From Octopus bimaculoides (lineage: Eukaryota), in contig NC_068985.1 of NCBI RefSeq assembly GCF_001194135.2, positions 26,865,076-26,929,075 of the forward strand: a DNA stretch of 64,000 nucleotides. The letters are read 5' to 3'. A program made the position numbers and the translations under genes. The notes under the pieces are model-generated. The model had not been told where the DNA came from. It ran no database searches and was given only the letters and a program-made list of their open reading frames with translations. Position 1 is the stretch's first letter, and the number at the start of each line of letters is the position of its first letter. Shown here one piece after another: positions 25,553 through 36,550 of this stretch.

Positions 25553-28500
25553 ACTATAACAGGGGTGACAGTAACTTTGAAGTTTGAGCTTGCTAGAGCA
25601 CAAATATGTACTCTACTAAAACGATTAACGCTAAATTGTTTCTACATATAACATGACGTAAAAACAAAGACTTGATATGTGTGTGTGTATGTGTGTGAAA
25701 CAAAAGAGAAAACAAAAGCAAGAGAAAATACTCAATTCGTATAGTAGATCTAATTCTTTCGAAGCTAATGATTGACTGCATTACAACTCAGGGTCTTTCA
25801 GCCCACACAGGCGAAAGTATGAGGCGAGAAACCATGAAGAGCATTGGTAGAGTATGTCATATCAGGTTCTAATACTAAACTATATTTACATACTTATTTC
25901 TTTCACTTCTGACATGATTCGTGAAGTATAAGGAGCAGCCAAAAAAAAAAAAGAAAAGAAAAAACGTTTCATATCTAAAGTGTGGTAGGTGATACGAGAC
26001 CCGTTAAAATTATCGACTTCATTAAATATCACGCATCGGATAGCCACCTTATTCGAGAATCTCTGATAGGATATTGGATCCGAGTTTAGCAAAATTTATT
26101 TTTCCCTCATATAAAAAGCGAGGGAAAAAAAAAAAAGAAACTAATAAGGCCTAGGAAAAAAGAAAAACTAAATAAGGCCTAAAAATACAAGGGAAAAAAA
26201 TACGTGATTTTGTGTTTTTCAGACTAAAGACTAAAATTTCAAGAATTCTTTCGTAATGAAAATTGGGCTTTTATAATTATACTATTTAGGGTATATAACT
26301 GAGAAGTTCAGTTAACTTAATAGCTCTTTACGAGAAGAGAACACCAAAATTATCATTTTGAAAGGTAAATTTAAAGTGTTCGTATAAATAGGCAAGAAAT
26401 ATTTCCTTAGATTTATGGTTTTGTCCGTAAGACTAATTTGTCTCTTAAATCTATGAAGCTTTCAGTGTGGATGGGAAAACAATTTCGCAGATATTTTTGA
26501 CCCGACATAGACAATGCTAAATTAGACTGGGTTCAAAGCTTGTTTATTATAACAATGAAACTGATCAAACATCTTTCTTTGAAGGCTCAAGTAAGGTTTG
26601 CAGAACTGTCATACGATTCAAACTGAAATTTTTGGAAGAAATGAATAAATAAATATATAAATTCAATACCATCTGAATTAGTAATGGTAGCTTTTCAACA
26701 ATTGTTTTAACACTTATTTCAGTGAATTTTTAAACGGCGATGGTGATATACTACTGTTCAGCTATTAAGAACATAGGATTTTTCCTTAAGAACACCACTG
26801 ACAAAGCTACAGCTGAATGTGATGCGCTTCAGCACAGCAGACGTCCCACTGGAGACAGTCATATAAGATACTTTTTGTTACTGTCAATGAAATAGGTACC
26901 AATTGAGCACTGGAGTCGATGTAATCGAGTTATCCCTTCCCACAAAATTTCAGGCTTTGTACCTATAGTGGAAAGGCTAATAATAAAATTTTGTATGATC
27001 TTGTATGTATATCGTTAAAAATATTCTAAGTTTTGAATTATTATTGGCAATAATTTTTTCGTTTGTTTAAAATAATCAATCACGTTTTATACTATTTTAT
27101 TATCTATTGAACTTAATTACACTGAAAGAGGTTCTTGAGAATATTCGTTTGTTAAAAAGGAATCTTGAGAGAAGAACGTTTCTAGAAACACTAGTAAAAG
27201 GCGAAAGATTTATCCGCTCGGGGTGAGGAGAAACCAGTCTATAATGAATTAGGTCGTTTTTCATGACCTGTACTCTCTCAAATTTATTCCAGATATTTAC
27301 TTCAAAATAAATCCAAGGAATTATTCCTAGATGTTTATAAAACCTCTTAATATGAATAGAACATGGAGAAAGATTCCTTGTATATATTTATAACTAGCAG
27401 AGGCACCCGGCGTTGCTCGGGAATGAAATTGTTGCTTATATACTGGATGAAAAAAAGCAAAATATGATGTATAGAAATTTGAGGACATTCTGTAGATGGA
27501 CTCTCAGATGAATGATGGCTGGGCGCCTCTCATGAATGGAAAAATTGAAGATGCGCCAAAAAGCCTCATTGGTACTTGGAAACTTTTACGAAAATTAAAA
27601 TGGGGATTAAATGAAAAAAAAGGGCGGAGACGGACTATATGTAATCTGAACCTTTCCCCCCTTATTTTTTAGGCTATGGAGATTCCGATTCTGAAAAAAT
27701 TTTCAAAATTCTCAAATTCAAAANNNNNNNNNNCATAGCCTAAAAAATAAGGGGGGAAAGGTTCAGATTACATATAGTCCATCTGGACCCAAAAAAGATT
27801 TACGTGAATATCCTCACAACAGTAATTGAAATAAATGGCGATTGTGGAACCCCCCCACGCACGCACGCACGCACACAGTATCACACATCAGATGAAATTG
27901 ACGTGTGTGTGTGTGTGTGACAGAGAGAGAGAGAGTGAGAGAGAGAGGTCATGGTCATGTACACGTACATGCATAAATATGCATAAATCTTTGTGTGTGA
28001 GTGTGTGTGTGTGCGTGTGTATGAAAGAGAGAGAGAGAGAGTAAATACTACATGCACGCTACGTCAATACCGGAAGTTGACATTGAGGAACCTTTTTAAA
28101 GAAGTGAATCATAAATATAAAGCAATATTATTTATTTTTAATAGAAAAAATCAAATGAAGAGCCTAACATTTATCCGAGGTAAAATTATTCATGCATCAC
28201 AAGTATGGAAGAAATGGTGAAGCCGTTTTCACGTGATAAGCGATTACACACACATCTCTGTTTTATATATAGTATAGATATCTATACATAATGGCCAAAA
28301 TATCAAATAGAAATTGCGGCTGATGCTGTTGTTGTTGTTTTAGTTCTGATCATGCAGACCTACGATCAAACGCACCAGGCACAATGCACAACACACTAAG
28401 ATTATATTATCCAATGAGTCCCTCTTTCTTAAGATGTCAGGATGGGATTGAAGGAATATTTAGCTGCTATATCCAGCATATCCACAAACCATGTTGAGAC

Positions 28501-30289
28501 TCCCGCGTTGATACCAGCAGAAATAGTGGAATAGTATATCAGTAACCCATCCCGATTTTAAGCCTATTTTGCAAATTTCATAATAGAATTCGCAGCAAAC
28601 CAGTTATAATGTTTCTGCCTGAAGTAAATGAAATATAATTTTGATGTCTATGTAAGAGCAGGGTGGGGAATCATTTTTTATACGCTTAAATGAAATTTAA
28701 AGTAGCGAAACATTGCCGGAAACCACGTTAAAAGAAGAAGCAGTTTTTCATTACTTCCGCCATCTTAAAGGATATATTGCTAATCTTTTAGACACACAAA
28801 CATACAGAAATGCATACACGCGCACACACAAGCACTCACGCGCACACGTATTCCCTCCTCCCTCCACATCTCAGCACATTGCTGCATTCCTGGCAATATT
28901 TGTAATTCCTATATATGTACCTATACAAATCCCTAAACCGTTACGCAAATAGCAAACATACTCATTCTCGCACACAGAGCCCGCATACATACATATACAT
29001 ATACACATACCTATAATATACATACACACACACATATACATACATATATGTACATGTATATATAAATATACATATGTAAGAATATATGTGATATATACAT
29101 TATGAGTGTACGCACGCACGCACGCACACACACACACACTTTAGCGTAGCGTAGATTTCTCACTCGTAATGAATAAGTGTTTCTCAAAACAGCTCATTGC
29201 GCATGCACAGATTTTTCGTAATTGATCATAATTATACTGGGCTATATCGTCCTCAAAACCACATATTCAAACATACACACACACACACAACTGACTGCCA
29301 TGAACAATATTACGTAAGCAATCTCGATGTACATTTGTAAACAATTCGCTCGAAAGTGAAAAGGTGAAAATGATGATATATTCCACTCACGAAGATATAA
29401 GGATAACTTCCTTGTTAATGGGAAGATCATTTGAGCGTCCACTTCATTTTCAAAAACAAGAGCTGGCTTTCAAAAAAAAAAAAATGATAACATGACAATT
29501 AAGCAAACTAACTCAGCTTTAAGCATAAACACTTGCTGTTGTGCAATGGAAAACACGAATAAGCGTAGTGTTGGAAACGTTAATTTAAATGGAAAACAGT
29601 ATAAATGGAAACGACATGATTTCCACCACCAACACCGCCACTAACAACAAGATTTCGTCTTTTGTAAGTGTATTGGGTCGTCACGTGTTCCTCGATATGA
29701 GCTTGCTCTAGGGAAAAGAGGAAGTAAGGAGTTGGTGTGTCGAGATAGAAAATGCCTTCTTGCACTAGAATTTATTCAAGAAGGGGCGAGGAGGATAATA
29801 TTTACCGTGTTGCAAACAGCAGATCCATACCCTGGTGGCGCAGTACTTGGAAAACTGTGGCCTAAAGGTCAGAGCCAGGGATACAGGTACTGACATCGAC
29901 CTTTATAATTCAGTACAAACAGTTGGTGAGTATTGAAGTGACCCGTAACAATTTGTAGTTGGATGGACCCTGATCCCTGATGACACTCGAAAGTCACAGG
30001 GTTATTCCGCAGTTAAACTTCCTAGAGGGAGCAGAAATAAAGTCAGTCAGATTGATGGTGGTGCATGGTAGAAGGCTTTGTTACTGCACGCGCGATCACG
30101 GTTGTGGAGTGGGTATGCAAAATCTTAAACTCCGCTTCCCTTTTATATGGTTGCACCGACTCCGACACCTCTATTTGTAACAAGAATCATAAACTCACAA
30201 CGTAAAGAACTGAAAAGTTACTAAGCATTTTGTTCGACACGCTAACGAACCTGCCAGCTCACTGCCTTATTTTAGAAATAACTTTAATT

Positions 30290-30688
30290 ACATTATTTAC
30301 ATTATCTACATTTGACGGATATTCGTCCTCATCTTGTTTGTTGTTAACACAACGTTTCGGCTGATATACCCTCCAGCCTTCGTCAGGTGTCTTGGGGAAA
30401 TTTCGAACCTGGGTTCTCATTCCTATCGATGTTACTATTATTATTATTATTATATTATTATTATATTATTATTATTATTATTATTATTAATCAGGTCGCT
30501 GCCGTGAATCGAACTCGGAACCTTGGGGTTAGTAGCCCGCGCTCTTAACCACTACGCCATATGCCCGTGGGCATATGGCGTAGTGTTAAACGTTGTGTTA
30601 ACAACAAACAAGATGAGGACGAATATCCGACAAATGTAGATAATGTAAATAATGTAAATAATTCCTCATCTCTTAAATATAGAACTGT
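30290..30688. mobile_element. Palindromic tRNA-headed SINE with hammerhead ribozyme (family H), 12-bp TSD
   Basis: Direct repeat ataactttaatt at 30278-30289 and 30689-30700. The minus-strand head has A box tggcgtagtgg and B box gagttcgattc, followed by an (AAT)n spacer and the HHR. Central 17-bp inverted arms lie at 30550-30566 and 30569-30585. The right arm 30588-30655 mirrors 30290-30357. Confidence 0.85.
30346..30391 (-). ncRNA. Minimal type I hammerhead ribozyme motif
   Basis: Minus strand reads GACAC CUGACGA A GGCUG gagggtatat CAGCC GAAA CGU U GUGUU. Stem I is GACAC/GUGUU, stem II is GGCUG/CAGCC, and stem III is reduced to a palindromic ACGU. Activity is untested. Confidence 0.75.
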
Positions 30689-33035
30689 ATAACTTTAATT
30701 CTTTCTAATTTCTGGCACAAGGCTTGCATGATGATGATGATGATGATGCTGATGATGTTGATGATGATGATAAGGATGATGATGAATGCCCTGATGCAGT
30801 ATCTCTCATAGCCTCTGATCTCAACTGATTGTAAGTGTTATCATATACGATTTATCTTGGTGTAAAAGATGCGTTACAGTAAATGTGCAGCTCAATAACG
30901 CAGATTTACTTATCAGATGCTTGACCTTAACCAGTTGAACATGTCCGTTAGTGACCTGCAAGGTCATGGGCTGTTTATCTTGATATGAGATTACAGTGTC
31001 GCGCACACATAGTTGTGCTGCATGTGCCTGGTGTATCTTTATCAGGTAATCATGATGGGTATATTGAGTTGCGTATATTTGTACCCTGGTGCCTCTTTGA
31101 TAGCATGAGTTGCTCTCTCACTCAATAATAATAACAACGATGACCAACGTTTCTAATTTAAGCACAAAATCCAAAGTTTTGAGAGGAGGGGGTTAGTCGA
31201 TGCCATCCACTCCAGTACATGACTAGTATTCTATTGACCTTGAAAGGATTAAAGGGAAAGTTGACCTCGGTGGGATTTGAACTCAGAACGTAAAGAGCCA
31301 GATCAAATACCGCAAGAGATTTTTTCTCCCGACGCCCTAGCGATTCTGCCAGTGATAATAATCATTAGCATCTCTCCTGAGACGAAGAACTGCTTATAAA
31401 TATTGGTATAACTGCAACTATTACAAACCAACCATTCGCTTTTTATAGCAGTAAATTGCAGTTCAAAGAAGAAAGCACTGCGTTGTCATTGTAAGTCAGA
31501 CACACTGGCCGATAAAAAGCAAATGCATTTTCTGTTGGTTGTTAATAAGAGATAAGGAACGCGTTGTATTGTTCATTAAGATTAAATCTTTTCAAAATGG
31601 CCGATTGAAAAATTAAAGATGCGCCTTACACAAAGTCAGAAGCATGAAACGCACACACACACACACACACACATACACACACTATAATCTGAGTTACCCC
31701 CAAGGAAGAAGTTGATTAAGAAATGTAGGTCAGTCAACTGGATGTCGTGAAAAAAAGAGAAAATAAAGAGGATATTAACATTAAGGTGATTTGCATACAG
31801 GCTCTTTTAATTATTTCTTCCTGCTGTGTATAAGTAGGTGAATAAGTACAGCGAGAAACATAAACTTGATGACATCCTCCAGATATTTCTGCTCTCACGA
31901 AGTTCATCATTAACAATTTTGTTTTATGATGAAGATTTAATAATCATTTCAGGATCTCTTACAACGCTGTTAAAGCTACCATCGTAACTGCCTGTGTAAC
32001 AAATTCTATTCACACTGTACATATGATAGTTTAAAAGTTAATTGTGTTGACTTAACTTCAAAACTTTTTAAAGTTAAAATATCAGTCAGTCTCCACAAAT
32101 CTTATTGCCTACAGATACTATTATTTGAAATATAAAACACTGGCGAGTCCATCGATTTGTCCGCTCTATTATTTTACAATTAGCAAATATTGAAATGTTG
32201 AACAGGTTTTATTATATAAAAAGAAATTCGCCTTTCATACCTTTAGGGTTAATAAAATAAATGCAAGTTGAACACTGGGGCCGATATAATCGATTAACCT
32301 CTTCCTAATAAGACTTGCTGGTGTCAAAATTTGGTATCATTAATGTGAACTGGAAGAATCGTTGGCGTGTCGGACAAAACATATTTATCTGCATTTCTTC
32401 CAGCTCTTTATGTTCTGAGTTCAAATACCTCTGATGTCAACTTGATCGTTCATTTTTTTCAGGGTCGATAAAATAAACTAACACTCCAGAAATGGGGTCG
32501 TCGTAATCGAATAACCCCCTCCCCTTAAAACTACTCGCTTTATATCAAAATTTTAAGCAATTATATATTAGATTATAATGGGGGAGGGCAAACTCATTAG
32601 AGCATCGAGGAAAAAAAAACCTTTGTGGTATTTTCTCCATTTCTTTACAGGCTGAGTTCAAATACCGGCGAGGCTAACTTTGTCTTTCATTCCTCAACAG
32701 AATAAAAATACCAATCAAGTACTTAGGTCCATAATATTGACTGTTCCCTTCAAAATTGATGCCTTTATGCCTAAACCAGAACCTATTGTTGATAAGAAAT
32801 CTAAGTAATTGTTTTAATACAGGATTGTTCTACGTCAGCATTGTAAATATTCAGAAGACAAACCGAGTAAAAATCATGTAACAACAACAATGAAAAATAC
32901 AGAAGTAGCAAGACAAGGTTTTAAGCTGTAAAGTAAAAAATGAGATATGAACTTTTCGAACAATTTGTGTTTTGAGAAGCTAAATACACGAAGCCGAGAA
33001 ATACATATATCAGAAAAAAATGTACGTCTTCATGT

Positions 33036-33179
33036 ATGTTTATGAAACTTTTACGAGGAGAAACGTTGGCAGTGATTTCGAAGTTTCGGTTTCCTCGCCT
33101 TTGTCAAATTGACAATGGCGAGCAATCCGGAATTTCGCAGTCACTATCAAACTTTTCCTTGTAAAAGTTTCATAAACAT
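33036..33179. repeat. About 144-bp imperfect palindrome (small MITE-like hairpin)
   Basis: atgtttatgaaacttttac...ctcgcc..gtcaa a ttgac..ggcgag...gtaaaagtttcataaacat. Confidence 0.85.
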
Positions 33180-33636
33180 GTACTCTTCTAAAAAGTCTTC
33201 GGCTAAGAGACCTAGTTCCATATCAAAACATTCTTAATGGAACTGGTAGCATTTGATAAGCAACTGTTGGTGCTCTTATGAAATATGGCATTATCTGAGA
33301 TGTTGTTAAAGTACATAAACTGTTCTGAATTAATATGCTTCTTGTAAGTTCGAGTGTTAATTAGAGAAAGTTTTAACAAAATGTTGCAATATTCGCCATT
33401 TTTTAAGTATGTGCGAGACCATAAGTAGCAGAGGTTGTTGTTATGGTCTAACCTCGATTTATTCTTGACCGAGAAGCTCTCTGATCAAAGACGTTTTAGC
33501 CATAATCATACCGCCTTTGTAAAACGTTCCAGGGATTCTCTATTTGATGTTCCTGGACTGAACACACGCAATCACATGTATATGTAGAATACACACACAC
33601 ATACATATATATGTATATATACATACATACATACAT

Positions 33637-33680
<44 letters not shown>

Positions 33681-36294
33681 NNNNNNNNNNNNNNNNNNNN
33701 NNNNNNNNNNNNNNNNNNNNNNNNNNNNNNNNNNNNNNNNNNNNNNNNNNNNNNNNNNNNNNNNNNNNNNNNNNNNNNNNNNNNNNNNNNNNNNNNNNNN
33801 NNNNNNNNNNNNNNNNNNNNNNNNNNNNNNNNNNNNNNNNNNNNNNNNNNNNNNNNNNNNNNNNNNNNNNNNNNNNNNNNNNNNNNNNNNNNNNNNNNNN
33901 NNNNNNCGGTAATAAATTAGTATGTAATTTTCTCTGATCAATTTGTTTTCTGAACCAGGAGTGCCAAAATTGGGATGATTTTGCTCCCAGGGGGTAAATT
34001 TGTTGATTCTAGATGTGCGCATGTTTTTTCAATTATAAACTTTTTTAAAATCTGAAGTTGAGTAGAAAACTTGAAGTAGAGCTCGTTTGTGAAAATATAT
34101 ATATTTTTTTCTGTCTACTTCTTTATATTGCATACTTTTTAATTATTCTTCTAAAAGAATAGTCTCATTCAGAAGACTGCGTGTGAATGAAATAACGATG
34201 TTATGTGCTATTTTTATTGTTATTTGAACTTAAAATAATAATGTTTAAAGACAGTATTTCAAATTTCCTCTTTGTCGGTTGTTTTATTGTGGTAGAAGCA
34301 CAAACTCAAATTACCGAATAAAACAGTGTGGGGGTAAAATTACTTTCAAAAAGTTGCCAGGGAAAATTGAACGGAAAATTATGGGAGCCTTTGCTTTAAA
34401 CCATGCTAAATTATGACCCCCTACTCGTGCCCAATATTTTAAAGCAGTCTAATGATTATGTCATCACTGCTTCAGTTTGTACAGTGAAGTCTTAATAGGT
34501 GGTCTAATAAGACGGAAACACGCCCGGAATTGTCTCCCGTACTTACCGGAATCATTAAGATAACAATAGTAATTTATTCTGCATTTTCATCACAGTATAA
34601 TTATTTTTGATTAGCTTTTTAATACTCACTGTATTTAATATGGTAACGCTAATATGAGTAAGATATATTTGCACTATATTTCAGTAACTAGAACCGTTCA
34701 TACGCCATTTAGACATCGAAAGAATGCTCGTTAATCAATGAACACTAAGTTTGCAGTAGGTAATTCTTTTTGAACATTTTCGAAGAGCAGAATAATGATA
34801 TTCTTTGTAGAATACAATGGACATAAGGTACTAAACCTTACTTAGACATTAAATATCCGGAGCTGATCAATACTGTCCAATCAATTCCCATGAACTATTC
34901 TACGTTCTAATAAATTAACTAAGACATGACTTCAGCCTTTATGTATGTACCCGTCCATTGTTAACGTATTGCAGCCATACACTAAAAGAGTTTGTGCTTT
35001 TTGGTTCGATAGACTTTGACAAATTTTCTTATTCAAAGAAATTTCAAGAGGAAATGGAATCAGTACAAATACTGTGTTGCCGAGACTAGTCTCGAGTAAC
35101 CCTTGGCAATCACGGATTATCAACGCAGACTGAGAACCTAGTTACATAAAATATATGACGAATGATTTCTATTAAAAACAACCAATATAAGCCAATGAAA
35201 GTTGTGTTTCAAATTTCAAAGCTTTTCATTGCAATAGAGGATGGTTATTTAGGAAGTCATGATGTTAAAAATAATATATTGAACTGACGATAAGTAAATA
35301 GGAGAAAAAATAATGTGGGAGAGATATACTCACACATATTGTAATTTCATAAAAACTAAGATTAAAAGTTTGTGAAACAAAATTATTCAATGAAAGTTTG
35401 CTACGAAGTTAAAATTAGTTTCCACGGTAAAAGGCGCAATTTGAGTATTCATGGAGAACTTTTGGAGTGTACTGGGTGTAACTGAGAAACCGTACGTATG
35501 TCGATATACAGGAAATAATTGATAAGTAACGTCTGTTCAATTCAGCTCTTAGGTTCCTTTTTTTTTTTTTTTCATCTTTATGTCTGATGAGATCGAAGGA
35601 AGTAATCTGGGATCGTAACAAGGAAGGATTGAACGTGATTAGTGCAGTCAGTATGAATCCTGATGAGACAGACTGGGAAAAACCAGGGTAGGTTTGGCAC
35701 AAGGGTCAGTTATTCTCACAATAAAGAATTTCGTGTAATATTTGTTGTAGGTTCCTGAGAAATGAATAACTCATTATAACCCTACATCCAACGACACTAT
35801 TTTTCCTAAAGTATATTAGACTGATAGGATTAGAAACGGAAGTTATTCAGTGTGTATGAATAATTCAAAAGCTAGTCATAAATGTAAGTTTGGTACAGTG
35901 ATTTTTATTCACACTTAAACACGCACGCACGCACACACACACCCCCTACACACACACACACACACACACTACAGACTTCTGTTACGGACTGGAGAACGTA
36001 CTCCGACTTTTAAAATATAACACTTGAAGCAATAAAATCCAATACGGAATTTCCATAATAATAAGTCCAGAAAATCTCATTATCGCCGTGATTCTTTCAA
36101 TCAGGACACAGTTCTTTGAATGAGCCCGTTTTAGACGAATGTGGATTTTGTCACGTAAAATATAATTTCTTCAGTTTTGCTCATCTAGTTCAAACTACTT
36201 TTGAGTAGCTCAACATCAGCCTTTAAAAATACACACATACTAAAAGGTACACAGATACATAAACAATTTTAATGCAAAACCCTTATATTCATTA

Positions 36295-36488
36295 TGTACA
36301 TTATTTACATTTGACGGATATTTATCCTCATCTTGTTTATTGTTAACACAACGTTTCGGCTGACGTACTCTCCAGTCTTCATCGGGTGTCCTGGGGGAAT
36401 TTCGAACCCGGATTCTCATACCTAAGGTATTTTCCCGATATCATTATTATTATTCAGGTCACTGCATGGAATCGAACTCGGGCAGTGA

Positions 36489-36549
<61 letters not shown>
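36295..36549. mobile_element. Second copy of family H SINE, internally inverted, with mutated HHR core
   Basis: Matches 30290-30520. The HHR at 36345-36390 (minus) reads GACAC CCGAUGA..CAGCC GAAAC. Inverted arms attattattattcaggtcactgc / gcagtgacctgaataataataat flank a B-box remnant. Confidence 0.85.

Positions 36550-36550
<1 letters not shown>

Noticed and set aside
28340-28520. Fourth old SINE-like family (similar pieces near 1130, 21880, 33440, 48890, 53400 and 58540)
   Set aside because: The fragments are too eroded to define boundaries or a consensus by eye, so they are noted but not called as features.
29769-29930. Possible exon between an AG acceptor and a GTGAGT donor
   Set aside because: All three frames contain stops and no protein similarity is recognised.
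29960-30002. ctgatga-cactc-gaaa hammerhead-like motif with accctg/cagggt pairing
   Set aside because: No stem II can form and the spacing is wrong; it is probably chance.
30490-30571. tRNA gene candidate with CU-ACU-AA loop
   Set aside because: The anticodon stem is only about 3 bp and no convincing acceptor stem forms. It is embedded in a repeat, so it is a SINE head rather than a functional tRNA.
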